Assembly: GCA_013239625.1 (NCBI GenBank)
Contig: MU053652.1
Coordinates: 2,296,001-2,360,000, forward strand
Length of the DNA stretch: 64,000 nucleotides
Source of the DNA: Lama guanicoe
Taxonomy: Eukaryota
Reading direction: 5' to 3'
Shown here: positions 1 to 12,995 of the stretch, in pieces
Position numbering within the stretch: position 1 is the stretch's first letter
How the letters are laid out: the number at the start of each line of letters is the position of its first letter
The notes under the pieces: model-generated
What the model was told of the DNA's origin: nothing
Databases searched by the model: none
What the model saw: only the letters and a program-made list of their open reading frames with translations
Translations under genes and position numbers: made by a program

Positions 1-3000
1 CTTCCTACTCAACTATTTACAGATTCCTGGAAGCACAGACACTCGTGTAGAGAAGGAACTTCAGAGGTCACCCAGCTCAGGCCCCACTCAATATAGTCCT
101 GTTGTTCGTCTCTCTGCTGTCTTCTTCTCCCTGCTAAATTGTGAGGTCTGCCCACGGTCATCCAAAAAAGGCACACACTTGTCTGCGTTACTTGGCAGCT
201 AAAAGGTTGTTGATTTATATTCCAGAGCCAGTAATAGCCTCAGTGAGAATCTCGTATATCCAAAATCTGGCACCTAAATGGCTGGTAGAGCTTCCTCCAC
301 TTCCCCAGGAAGGACTAACAAGACACTGTGGAAGCCCAGCCTCCCCCAGAGAATGCTGGGGGCATATTATGTTCCCTTACGCAATTTTGATGTCCTTCTA
401 TCTTGCTTTCAAACGTTGCTTCCCAAAAGGCCCTAATACTAGAAGTAGAGTCGCTTCTGACTTCAGCTCATCACTTCTAAACACCCTCAGGAATCACAGA
501 AAAGTCACTATTCATGTGCCTGTTGAGGGGAGGAGCATGGAGAGGGAGTGGTCAAAGATCAAAGCCCAGCCATCTCATCAACCTTGACCTTCATCACTGC
601 AGATATGTCTGATGCCCAAGTCATGTGCTCTTTTGTTCAGAGCACCCACTCACCAAGGGCAGGGCCATGTCTATTTAGGCCATGGTTGGATCCTTCACAA
701 ACACTCAATGGCGACAAGAGGCAAGAGTCTGAGAGGCAAAACTTGGAAGTTGGGCTCAGCAAACAGTGCAGAAGCCATAGTTTAGACCAATTTCCCACCT
801 AAGCCACAGAATAAAGACTAGGGGCCACCAAAATGGCTTCCACCAATCTCACAGATGACATCATCCAGCACCATCAGCAACCACTATGAGTACAAGCCAT
901 CTGCTGTGCATGCTAAGCAGTCCTGGTGACACAGGGTCTCTTAAAAGAAGCTTAAGTTCAAGATCCTATTGAGTTACGGAATTTCAATGAAGGAGCAATG
1001 CCTTGGAACCAGAAACCTGATTTAGCCATTAACATGCTGTGATCTCCCTAGACTCTGTGTCTGAATCTGAAAAACAGGGGGCTTGGTAGTGAGGATAAAC
1101 AAAGTCATGCCTTCACTACCATCAGAGTTCCCTGAAGAAAGTGTGACCTGCATGCAAAGTTGTGTTCTTAATGACATACTCAGGTGCTTCCTAAAGTTTG
1201 GAACTAGTATTAAAGAATAATGGCTAGCTGTTTCATCTCCTCAGGACTACATCAAGCAGAATGTCCTGGCATTAAAGAAATGACCTGCTCCCATCTTTTT
1301 CTGGATTTTCACCATTTGCATTGGCTTCCCAATGGCAGGAAATATTGCTAAATTAGTTGGTCCCGAGGATATAAACTGACTTCCCAGATTGGTGATGCTT
1401 ACTTGCTCACTCCTCTCACTCTCTCTCCCACTCCTCCCTCCACTTTGTAGAGTTGATACAGGCAACACCGCAACAGCTGTTGCCCCAACAGCCACAGCAG
1501 AAACAGACACCAGCAGCCTCAACAGCAGAAGACGCAGGTGAGCAGTGACACTCTTAGCAGAAGCTTTCCCTTGTCTTCATTTCAGGAAGTAAGAGAAGCT
1601 ACGCCAAGTGATGGGGAAGGGTCTGGCTGCTCTAGAATCTCAGCTCTCCTCCAGAAGCCTGGCACTGGGCACAGGAGATGCCATGAATACACACACCAGC
1701 CGGGTGGCTTCCAGCTGGCACAGGGAGAGGCACCCTCAGCACTGCTGGGAGGAGCTGGGGAGGAAAGGGCCAGAGCCAGCTCCTGGCTAGGGCTGAGATG
1801 CAGCCACGACAAGACGGGAGGATCTCGAAGCCATAAGGTAGCCCCGTGGAGTTGGACACAATCTCTAACAAGGAAATCCATCTGTCTTCGAGACTCAGGG
1901 AGGGAGAATCCTTTCCTGAAGGTCACATGGTGGTGGGATGGAAAAGCCAAACTTTTCCAAAGGACTCAGGGTCTACTTCAGAGAGCTGGAAACAGAAACA
2001 GTCAGTAAATAAACACAAGACAGCAAAGTAAACAGGTTCTCTCCACCCTCTACACACCGCCAACATGAGCTGTGATTCTGGACAAAGCACTCAGCCAATA
2101 TTACATGCCCTCGTAGTCCACAACATTTGAATAAAGCATTAGCTTTGCAAAAGCCTTCTAGTAAAGACTTTAAGCATCAGTCAGTACTTTTGCTCAAGAC
2201 TGTAGATCCTGCTTCCCACCGAAGCATCTCCAATCAGTGCATGCCCCAACGTCTAAGACTGTAAGAGCAGGCAGGAGAGGCAGGTGAGTCTCTCCTCTCT
2301 CTCACCCCTCCTCCTCCCTGCTCTGAGCATCTTCCTCCCCCATGTCCCCGACACCTGTTGGGGTGAGCGCCAAGCCTTCCCCGGCATGCACCCCTTCCTC
2401 CACCCTGGGATCCCCCTCCCGAGCCCACACCTGCATTTGTTAATCAAGCCGCGGAGGACGCAATAATTGCCCAGCAGAAAACACGGGTGCAGATGTTAGG
2501 GAGCGCCGGGGCAAAAGCACCACTAAATGAGATTCTTGTTTTCCAAACAGAACCCGAGATTTAATTACAGCCTTTCCAAGTGCTTATTAAAAACCCTTAT
2601 TTTTTTTCCTTATTGTTTTCCTGCATGGCGCATATTGAATCAGCCGCTGCTGTTGTCTTGTTTTTGGAGTGTTCATAAAAAGAACCGATGTGGAAAATTG
2701 CAAACACAGATTGTACCCAAACAATATCTTCTCCCCTTGCTTTTCTTTCTGGTTTTTCTTCCTGCTGAATAACAACACCGGAGGTGGTATGCAGCACACA
2801 TCCGGGCTCTTTCCCAACAGCTAAAGGGGACCGCCCCTCCACCTGCCTGAGAAAAGAGCGTGGAGGCCACTGAGCTTCGCTCTGAGACCGGGAGGAGCAG
2901 GGACACAATCCTGAGGGAAAGGGGAGGGGACAGGTGAGCGGGAGACCTGGAATCACAGACCATCAAAGCCCAGAGGGCCCTCAGCAGGTGTGGCCATTAC

Positions 3001-4229
3001 CTCCTCAGACAGGTGTGGAAACAGCTGGCCCAGAGAAGGGAAGTGATGGGGCTAAGACAAAGCCAGTTCTCCTGCCCAAATGGACTGGAGAACTTTCCAC
3101 TAAAATACACAGGCCCCCCTCTTGCTGCTGGGGGCAGACTCGTATTTGGAAAGACCCACAGGCTCTTCTTTTTAGCTCATAAATTTCCTCATCAGAAAAA
3201 AGGGAGCTGGTCTCTGGATGCCTTCTCAAGTGGAACGCCCCATCCTGAGAGCCAGCTGTGCCCCCTACAAGTCCCACCACTGTTTCAAGGGGACCAGGCC
3301 CAGGTCAAAGCCAGACATGGTGCCACCTAGGTGCTCACATCTTAATTGGCCACTCACCTCTGAATGATGCTATCTTTCTAAAAACTAGCCTGTTTCCCAG
3401 GCTCTTCTCCCAAGGCGGTCCAGGGACAAAGTCCTAAGGGAAAGAGACTGGAGTCCTCCGGGTGTCCCCAGGTGTCCACCCTCTGCTGCTCGCCCCCATC
3501 GCCGCCACTGCTGCCGCCAACTGGACCAGGGCCCAGCTTTTGAAGGAGTGGTATCTCCTTACTCCCTGGCATCTTCCCTCCCTTCTGCTCCACTGACAGG
3601 AATGGGGAGGGAGGGCACAATTAGCGCCAATTTAGAGGAGTGATACAGGCATTGGGGAAGTTTCTCACTGAACAATGTGTAAAATTCTACTCCTTCTTCT
3701 GTCTCCTGCTCCTCGTAACCCACCACCAGCAGCCAACCTCCCATCCTTCATTCTACTCATTATCCCTCTCGTTGTCTGGAAAGCAGCAGTGAGCAGGGAG
3801 ATGGAGCTGGTCCCCTCTGTCCCTGCTCCATGTCGGGACCCCACTGAACTCAGCCTCTGCCCAGCTGAGGAGGGGGCTGTCTGTCCGTCCTTAGATAATG
3901 GGGCCCAGGCCCTGGCCATGTGACTCCAGAAGAAAGCTCCTAATTTCCTCCTGAAGTTCAACCTGAACTTCTCTGTCCTCCAAATCCTATTTTTCAGTCT
4001 CACACGAGGATGGGAGTTGGGGCAGGAGGGACCCTCCCACTCCCACGGAGAGTGGAGGTCAGAAGTAGACCTCAAGGAGCACCCAAGCCCAGTGCCCTGG
4101 CATGCAGGGCACCTCATGCTTTTGAGGCCAGGGGCCACTCAGGAGCCTGGGTAAAGTGTGGCAAGGCCAAGAACAACTTCGAAAATCTGGTATTTCTGCT
4201 GGTAATCTCCCCAGCAGAATCAACCAGCT

Positions 4230-4512
4230 TCAGGGTAACAAGGCTGTGTCCAAGGCTCCAACTGATTTTCCATTTCCATGTCATCTTCTATCCCCAGAGC
4301 TTGCAAAGCTAGAACTACACTTCCCAGACCATCTGGTAGCTCAGCCCAGGTCCTGCCGATTAGATACATTTCTGCAGCCTCCCTAGCCATGGAAGACTTA
4401 CTTCATTTAGCTCTTCCGAACACTTTGTAAAGTCTTCAATCTCTGTGTAAAATCCCTTTCTGCTTGAAACACCTAGAGTAATCTGTTTCCTGCCTTAAAG
4501 GCTGACTGCAGC
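4230..4512 (+). mobile_element. Degenerate ERVL/MaLR-class solo LTR remnant
   Basis: Contains gctagaactacacttcccagac and a 3' end aaatccctttctgcttgaaacacctagagtaatctgtttcctgc...ctgactg, typical of old ERVL-type LTRs. Family not pinned down. Confidence 0.5.
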
Positions 4513-4540
4513 ATTACATATAGCCAGGGTTTCTAGGTCT

Positions 4541-4668
4541 TTGTATCCATTTTGCAGATGAAGCTCAGAGAAGTAAGTGAAGCGACTTCCCCAAAAGCCC
4601 ACAGCAATTTAGAAGCAGAGCTGGGACTAGACCTAACCTTCCCCACTCTAACTCAGAGCTCATTCCAC
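4541..4668 (-). mobile_element. MIR SINE fragment
   Basis: ccattttgcagatgaagctcagagaagtaagtga...cccaaaagcccacagc...agagctgggactagacc matches the reverse MIR core. Confidence 0.75.
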
Positions 4669-5750
4669 AAGCAGGTGACAAAGGAAGTAACTGTCCCTTT
4701 AAAACACACCTTCCTCTCTCCCCTCAAGCCCTGCCCTCCCTCCCAGCCCCCGTGGGTGTGTGGACAGGTGAGCGCATGTGTAAATTCACGAGCTTAGCCA
4801 TGCGTCCGCCCTGGCACATATTCACGCAGTACACGCCAATACTGAGGTGTCTTGTCCCTGGTGCCACCAAAAGTCCAAGTGGCTCAGCTGCGACCTCTGG
4901 GCTGTGGCTCTATTAAAGTTCTTTCAGGGAACAGGCTTTCATTTCATGGACAATTCAGAATCTCCATTCAGAGGAAATTGATGTTTTGCCAGAATTTTCC
5001 CACTTGAGAGACGGTCAGAACTCACGGTAAGAGCTGATAGAGACAATGCAAGTCCGCAGCTTAGAACAACAAATACAAAAGCTGAACCGACGAGAAGAGC
5101 CTCTGAAGGTGACGCAGCTAAATATGTGTGCCTTCCCAGGGGAGCTGTTACCAGCCTGTCCCCCAGGGCCCAGGGCAGAGGTCCACCAGCCAAAGGCACA
5201 CCTACAGGCAGGGTTCTCCTCCAGGGAGCGGCTCCCAGGAACTGCGGATGTGGGTTTCCCAGCCAGGCTCCACTGAGGCTTTAGGAAGTTGTGGCCATGC
5301 CTTTGGCTTGGGCAGAGCTTCCTTCCAAAAATGGGAAACTTGACCTTAGGGAGATGACAATGGCCACGGGAACAGCAGACACAGGAAGGGCATGTAGAGG
5401 AGGAGGGGGAACAGAAAGAGATCCTGCCAGGGAGCCGTGTATGTGAACTTCAAAGGGTCCATTATTACTTTCCCCCTCCTCCAGTTCTCCTTTTCTGAGT
5501 CCAAGATGTGTTGCATTACAAGAATTAATGTACCCTGCTTGGCGAAGATGCCCCAGCTATACCAGTCCCGGGGGAGTAAGGCAGGCCAAAGACTGCCTTC
5601 CTGTTTAAGCCCTCCCCTTCCTTCTCTGCACCCCACAGCTCAGTGAGCCCCGAGTCCTTTGCCCCAAAGCCAGTCTACAGACCAGGCTCACTTACGGGAA
5701 AGCTTTCATCAGGCTTGATAAACCCAAAAAAATAAAAATAAGGATAATGC

Positions 5751-5753
<3 letters not shown>

Positions 5754-5781
<28 letters not shown>

Positions 5782-5832
5782 CTGTGTGTGTCTGTGTGTC
5801 TGTGTGTGTGTGTCTCTGTGTGTGTGTGTCTG
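5754..5832. repeat. Interrupted (TG)n/(TGTC) microsatellite
   Basis: About 80 bp of alternating TG with TC interruptions, read directly. Confidence 0.95.
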
Positions 5833-8009
5833 TAAAGTTACCAAATGTCCTTTCTTGGGAAGAACTGTCCTTCATTCTGAGTTTACTCCCTCCCTGGGAA
5901 GAGTCCCTTTTTCATGTTAAAATATCTTTTTCTCTATGAACTGGTAATAATAGTAAGAGTAGTTTTGTTGTTGTTTTAAGTCAGTGTTTCTTTTCCTTTT
6001 GTTTTTTAACACTCTTTCTTGACAAAAGATGTCAGCTCCCTCATGTTAGCCCCGGTTGGTTGGTTTTTACTTTTTACTGGTCTGCAGTGTAGAGGCCAAC
6101 GCCTCACCCCTTCCATCCCCCTCACCTTTGCAAGACTTGGGTGTGGAGGCCCAGGGTGGCTTCTGCCCATCTCGCGCCTCAGGGGGCCCTGTTCCAATGC
6201 AGCAGGGAACCAGGACTAGACCACTGGCCCTGGCTACCTTCCTAAGAAAATGATGGGTACCCAAGACCCCATCACACTCAGGGGACTCGCCTTCCTGCCC
6301 ACCTCTGCCATCTCTTTCCAGACATAAACCAACAGCTTTGGCACAGTTCCTGGAAAATCACATCACTCATGCCCTCAAAGAAAGTTCAAATCACCACAGA
6401 GGTATTGCTGAGTGTGTGAGAGATGCGTTCCATCTCAAAACCAAGCTTGTCCTCCCTTAAGAAGGCTCTTGACTCCAAGTGAGCCAGGCACCTCCCCGGC
6501 AGATATAATACACGTATGATTGGGCTCTTTTTTGCCTCTGCCCAGGCTCCCCACTGCCTGCAGGGTTCCCTCTGCTGCTCCCAACTCCCTCCAGCTTTAT
6601 CCCCATTTGTAATTCAAATGCAACATCAGCCAGAGAGAGACCCACTTTGAGAGCAGCCCCCTTCCTGGAACCAGCAATGCCCCAGACAGGCCCAGATCCT
6701 CGCCACTGCCCCCGTCATATATAAGCTGCTGCCCCAGTCCTTGCAGGCCTCTGCCCGGGCTGTGTGGCCCCCCGCCAGGCAACTCCAGGAACGGGCCCTC
6801 CACAGAGGGGTCCCCACTAACAGAGCTTTTCCCACTTTCACCCTGCAACCAGCCACCCCGGCAAGTTGCAGGTTCGCCCACTACACAAGAAGGAAACTGA
6901 GGACGGAAGCAGGTTCCCTGTGGGTTGGGGGTGGGAAGAGATTCAGGGACCTTTCTGGGGTTCTAGCCACTGTCTGCTTCTTCTCCCCAGGCTTTGAAAC
7001 ACTGTTGGGAAGCCCTCCCACCAGGGCGTCAGCACAGCTGGACAAGGGGCCTGATGACCAACAGGGGGACAAGGGAGCACGAACCCCAGAGGATTCCAGC
7101 CTCACCAGCGCCCACTGCTGCAGCAGAGCAGAGCCGCGCATGTGAATAAAGGGAGGTGTGGAGGCTGTGGTCGGAGGGGCAGGGAGGACAGGCTTGCCAG
7201 GACTCTATCCTGGAAACTTGCTATGGAAGCAGCAGATGATATGAGAAGACCCCACAGAGCCAGGGGCCCAGGGTGTTACAATAATATATCAGTGGGCAGC
7301 ACTAGGCTGCCCCTCACAAACTCCCCAGCCCCACCAAGAAAACTCTCTTGGCTCTGGAGACTACGCCCCATCTGTCTATTATCTGTCATCCATTGCTGCT
7401 CATCCCTGGGCAGCACCTACAGGCCAACATATGTACCCACAGGTCCAGCAGGGTCAGGCCATTCTCCACAGTGTCATGCCATTTCTGGTTGCCATAGTTA
7501 CCATTGCCCTTCCCAACACCTCCCACCGGGTCAGAACTCAGACCATCCTTCTCCTGGGCAGCCTGGCCTCCCTGTTCAGCCTGGCAGGTTGTTGCTAGAC
7601 ACAGAGCAATGCGCTTCTCCTCAGCTTGTGTCAGAGAAGGCTCAGAGCAAACACTCCTTTCCTCACAGCATTTTTGCCTCCATCACTCACCTCCAATCTG
7701 TTAGGCCAAACCCAAACTTGCTCCGGGTTGCCATGGCAACTCATCTCACAATCACATATGCCCTGGCCCCAGAGCTAAGGGACTAGGATCTGTGGTTTTA
7801 AATCTTTGAGGTGACGTGGAAGAGGATGGTAGATATGCCAGACACAAAGGAGACAGAGGGGCTGTTTCTACAGGGAAAAATGAGCATAATCAAATAAACA
7901 AGACTTTTCTTGATTCTGCGTCTAGTCTTGATTGGTGCTAGCACATTCCAGGCCACCACCTTCTCTCCCCTGGGCTAGCCTAGTAGCAAACAGGGCAGAA
8001 AAACAAGGG

Positions 8010-8640
8010 ATCAGCCTCCTAGCTGGTCTCCCTGACTCCAGGAGTGACCCCTATAATCCGTCCTCCACCCACAGCCAAGGGTTGTTTTGTAACTGGGAAC
8101 CAAGTTGGATCAGCCCCTGCTGGACAACCTCCAGGAACTGCCAGTTCCCTCAGGATAAAGGCTCCTCCTGGAGCCAGGCCCTTCGTGATAGGGCTTCAGC
8201 CACCGCTTCATCCCTGAGCCCTTAAACCCTGCCCTGCTCTCTATGATCTCATCACCCTGAACTTCCTGTAATTCACCAAATGTACATTTCTCTGCCTTCT
8301 GGGCCTCTGCACATGCTGTTTTCTTTGCCTAGACTGCTGATCCCCTTTGTCTAGCTAATTCCTATTCAGTCTTCAGGGCTCACCTTAGTTACCACTGACT
8401 CCAGAAAGTCTTCCCTGATACCCCACAACTAAGCTGGGTGCCCCAGCATGTTCTCTCATGGCCCCTTATCTTCCCCCTCTTTGAGGATTATCATATGTGT
8501 GAGCTGGTCCACCTCCCCACCCAACTATAAGCTTTCCAAAGGCAAGGATGACCGTCTTCACTCATATCTGTATTCCTAACACTAAGCCCCTTGCAGGTCA
8601 CAAGAACCAAGGAATTCAATGTTAATGAATGAATGAATGA
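8010..8640 (+). mobile_element. L2 LINE 3' portion
   Basis: cctcctagctggtctccctgactcca..., gggcctctgcacatgctgtt..., aagtcttccctga...; ends in the diagnostic L2 tail aatgaatgaatgaatga. Confidence 0.85.
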
Positions 8641-9985
8641 TACGAAGATGGGAGGGAAGCTTCTGCATGTGTGACAGTCAACATATCATTTCAATTCCAG
8701 AAAGTAAATGTAGGATTTGCTGAATGATACTCCTCCAGTTGCCTTGGCTTGCAGAATCACAGCTAAGGCCTCAAACCTAAAAACAATAGGCATATTGTAC
8801 TTCCTACATTCTTACAGAAGCTTCCAGAAACTTATGAGAAGGCCTTATCTCCAACTATTCTCACACCTTCTTCCCCAAACACAGTTTATATAAGCTGGAG
8901 ACAGGAGAGAACTCAAGATAATTTTCAGAAATACAGAGTTAAAGGTCTGGTGGAAAGAATGCTGTGGATTTTTCCTCCCTTTCCAGTGGGGAGGGGAGGA
9001 AGACATGTCCTTGAATCTGAGTCAAGAGAAGGCGGCTCCAACAGAATCAACTGTAGAGACCAGAAGTGCCTACAAGAAGGGGGTTGGATCTCATTCAATC
9101 CCAGCAGGAGATGGGCTGGGACTGCCCCAGGTCTGTTTGGACAACTCTAACCCCTCCTCCCCAGCCCCAGGGCATGGACAGCCCAGAGCCCACTCCTACA
9201 GCACTGCTAAGGAAAAAGACTTCCGATCCTAAGAGAGCAGCCCAAGACCGCACTTCTGAGAGGCGGGCAGAGGAGCGCTGGCTCGGATGGGTGGTGGAGA
9301 TACGAACTGCGCACTGGACCAGACCAGGAGCCCTTTAATTCCTCAAGGGGGCCAGAAAGTCAGGGCTCTGTCTGAGATGTCGCTAAGAGATGGGAGGGGA
9401 GACTTGTCCTGTATGTCCTGTGTCCCTCTTTGTATCCCTCTCAGTTCAGACTGTTCAATAAGCCAGTTTCACCAGGAGAGAGGGTCATTTGTGCATCATT
9501 TAGGTCTGAAGAAATAAGGACGCTGGGGAGTATAACCGTGGAAAAGTTCTTCCATGAGCTTCGAAGCTCCCCCTCCCCATGTTAGTTCAATCATAAATTA
9601 TTCAGCTTCTGGATGAAGGTTCAGCATTAAGGTCAGTCATGCCAATGCTAAATCTGCAGCCCATGCTGCTTCCAGACAGGCAGAGAAGAAGAGAGGATGG
9701 GTGCAGCTTCAGGCTACGATGTTTCCTCCATCATCCATTGCAAGGTGTGCTTGGCATCCTGAAGGCAAAGCATGCACTCAAAATGCAAAACAAGTCTGAC
9801 TTAGCCAGCACACATGACACCCCCGGCTCCACTCGGCTTTGGACAAGAACACAGCTCACAGCCCTGAATCTTGAAACTGCATTTCTGCCCAACCAGCCCC
9901 AATCCAAGATGAAAATTTCATCCCTTTTGATTCCTAAAATGATCTGTTCTCTCTCCCCTCATCCCTGCCTCCAGCTCCTTCCTTC

Positions 9986-10014
9986 TAAATATTTATGACG
10001 TCATGACTCATTAA
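9986..10014. promoter_or_regulatory. Candidate composite bZIP site: full CRE (ATGACGTCAT 9995-10004) overlapping AP-1 (ATGACTCAT 10003-10011)
   Basis: Sequence TAAATATTTATGACGTCATGACTCATTAA read directly. Function is inferred only. Confidence 0.5.
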
Positions 10015-10968
10015 CATTCCTCCCAGGATATCTTTAATACATACGCTGAGAGGGGAAAGCTCCTGCTTGAATATTAAAGATTAAATTTATAAGACACATA
10101 ATCCTCCTAATTAAGTTGAATTTAGTCTGTGCATTAGATTAAGAGAAAGACAGAGTGAAAGGGGGAACAGTGGCCACCAAAAAGCCCAAGGACCTGGCTG
10201 CAGAGCTGAGCTCGGCCATTTTAAATTCGAGCAGTTTCATCCTCTGCTCCTGGGGACATAGAGCCTGGCAGCATCTCTGGGGCCAGGGCCAGGAGCCAGG
10301 CAGGCTCAGAAAGTCTTCCTTCTTCCACATCGTCCCTGGTCCCTGCATACAGGCCAGACGCCAACCCTCGATGTCTAGCCAGAGAGCTAGAACCTCTAGA
10401 GCATTCTGGGGGCCTGGCCTTGCAACCCTCAGCCCAAAGGTGAGGCCCCCAGCCCCTTGGCCAGGCCATCCTATCCCAGACCTCCCTCCAGGATTCCCAT
10501 TCCCCATGCTTCCTTGCCATGGGGGTCCCGGGGTGCCCACACGTTTCTGTAGTTCTGGGCTGATTTCACAATGGAATTTGCCCAAAGCATTTCCACTGCT
10601 GTAAATAAGGCTTGTTCTTCCCCAGCCTGTTTATTATCCCCCCAGAAATGTCCCTCCCACAGTACCTCTTCCCACCTTTCACACACACCTCCTGGGACAA
10701 CCTGTGCCACTTGCTCCTCTCCATCGGAAGAGTCACACCCTGGGCATCACTCTCTTACTCACTCAGTATTTGTTGAGAACCCACACATGCCCATCATCTT
10801 TCAAATTCTGCAAGGAGTAAAACATGCCCTGCTCTCTGAGAGCTGACTGTCCACAGGCTGCCTCTAAAGTTGAAAAAAAAAAGGGTGAACAGCACTGTGG
10901 ACTACTGTGCCCTGTGGAAGCATCATGGCTGGAAGAGGACCAGAGAGAAGCCTTTTAAAGCAGGCCCA

Positions 10969-11225
10969 TCACAGACCTAGAAAACAAACTTATAGTTACC
11001 AAAGGGGAAAGCGGGGAAGGATAAACTGGGAATTTGGGATCAACAGATACAAATTACTGTATATAAAACAAACAACAAGGACCTACTGTATAGCATGGGA
11101 ACTATATTCAGTATCTTATAATAACCTATAATGAAAAAGAATCTGAAAAAGACTATATACATGTATAACTGAATCACTTTGCTGTATACCTGAAACACTG
11201 TAATCAACTATAGTTTGATTTTTAA
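10969..11225 (+). mobile_element. 5'-truncated L1 3' UTR (cetartiodactyl-type)
   Basis: cacagacctagaaaacaaacttatagttaccaaagggg...aacaaggacctactgtatagcatgggaactatattcagtatc...tataactgaatcactttgctgtatacctgaaac. Confidence 0.9.
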
Positions 11226-11376
11226 AATGCTAATGATGATCTGTTTTAGATTCTTAGAACTGAAATTACTAGGTGAAAAGGATGAAGATTTTTAAGGCTA
11301 CACATTTTGTTAAGCTGTATTAAAAAAACATCATAGACATTTATTACTAATGTAAAAATAAAATAAAATAAAATGA

Positions 11377-11872
11377 CATGGAAACAGCCTAAATGTCCAT
11401 CAACAGGTGACTGGATAAAGAAGATGTGGTATATTTATACAATGGAATACTACTCAGCCATAAAAACCGACAACATAACGCCATTTGCAGCAACATGGAT
11501 GCTTCTAGAGAATGTCATTCTAAGTGAAGTAAGCCAGAAAGAGAAAGAAAAATACCATATGAGATCGCTCATATGTGGAATCTAAAGACTCATGGACAGA
11601 GAATACAGACTTGTGGTTACCAGGGGGGTAGAGGGTGGGAAGGGATAGACTGGGATTTCAAAATTGTAGAATAGATAAACAAGATTACACTGTATAGCAC
11701 AGGGAAATATACACAAAATGTTATGATAAATCACAGAGAAAAAAATGTGACAATGAGTGTGTATATGTCCATGAATGACTGAAAAATTGTGCTGAACACT
11801 GGAATTTGACACAACATTGTAAAATGATTATAAATCAATAAAAAATGTTAAAAAAATAAAAAAATTAAAAAT
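11377..11872 (+). mobile_element. Young 5'-truncated L1 (ORF2p C-terminus + 3' UTR + A-rich tail)
   Basis: ORF 11373-11585 (WKQPKCPSTGDWIKKMWYIYTMEYYSAIK...LSEVSQKEKEKYHMRSLICGI*) is an uninterrupted L1 ORF2p C-terminus. Perfect 16-bp TSD aaataaaataaaatga at 11361-11376 and 11873-11888. Confidence 0.95.
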
Positions 11873-12889
11873 AAATAAAATAAAATGAAGCAAGGCCCAG
11901 AGCAGGGGCCCTAGTTATCTGGCTCCCAGGGGTGCTCCTGGGGCCTCTCTGTGCTGAAGGATTTCAGAGCAAAGGGTCAGGAGGAGTTGGGGCAAGTTTC
12001 TAGAGGGAGGGAGAAGTTGAGCAGGGTGTGCATGGGTGGGTAAGACCTGGACAAACAAAGGGGACAGAGAGATTCCAAATGGGGTCAGCTGGATCAAAGG
12101 AAGAGACCTTAAGCAGACATGACACAATCAGCTCACTGGTGGAGGGGAGAGGGGGAGATCACTTTCCACACGAGGCAGCACAGTGGGGCCGAGGGCAGGG
12201 GCAGAAAGGACCAAAGCAGCCTTCCCTCCTACATCTTCAAGAGCGTTAGTCCCTGCTGGAGAAGAGAGTGACTCTGTAAAGAAAAGCCCTTGCCCACCTG
12301 TGCCCTCGTGTGACATTGCTGGTCTGGCGGCTGCTTTCCTTGCGATCGATGGGAATGGCTGCTGGTATAAGCCAGCTCTCACTGGTAATGGGAGAGAAAA
12401 CCGCCTCTGGCCCTTTCAGCAAAGGAGAAAAGCAGAAAAGTGCTCTGAATGCTAAATGGAAAAACAGATCAAAAGAAGGTGGGGCATCTATGAGACAGAG
12501 AAGAGGGCACTGTCTCTGCTCCCTGGGACCCAGGATCCAGGAGATCCTTGCTGCTCGAAGTCAGGTGGGGACAATGCTACTGCACACAGAATAAAACTGG
12601 GGAACAGAAGAGTGACAGCCCTCTCAGGGGGCAAGCAAGTGCAGGCAGAGCTCAGCCTGGGTAAGGGCTTGAAGCTGATGAAACCCAAAGAAAACACAGA
12701 TTTCTTAGTGCAGCAGAGTAAGCAGGATCCGGTCTGGGATCAGGCTGGCTTTGTGTAGCCAGACCAACGTGCCAGGAGCTGAGGCATCTCTGCACAAGAC
12801 TTGCAGAAGGAAGCCTCTTTTTTCTGCACCTATCCTGCCCACCCAGAAGCGTCCTGGGTGAAACGTGGAATCAACAGTATGATCACAGC

Positions 12890-12995
12890 AATGCTTTATA
12901 AATATGCATGGAAAAGAACTGGAAGGAAACACACCTCAGTGTTTACAGTGGTTATCTCTAGGTCACAGAATTGTGGGTGATTTTTATGTATCTTC
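12890..12995 (+). mobile_element. Old L1 (L1ME-like) 3' UTR fragment
   Basis: atgcatggaaaagaactggaaggaaacacacc...tgtttacagtggttatctctagg. Confidence 0.6.

Noticed and set aside
7142..7786. 214-aa ORF (+), and similar ORFs at 31892-32521 and 58394-58930
   Set aside because: Non-ATG or weak starts, no homology I recognise, and overlapping ORFs in other frames as expected in GC-rich non-coding DNA.
11373..11585. 70-aa ORF with clear protein similarity
   Set aside because: It is the C-terminal remnant of L1 ORF2p in a 5'-truncated insertion, not a gene.
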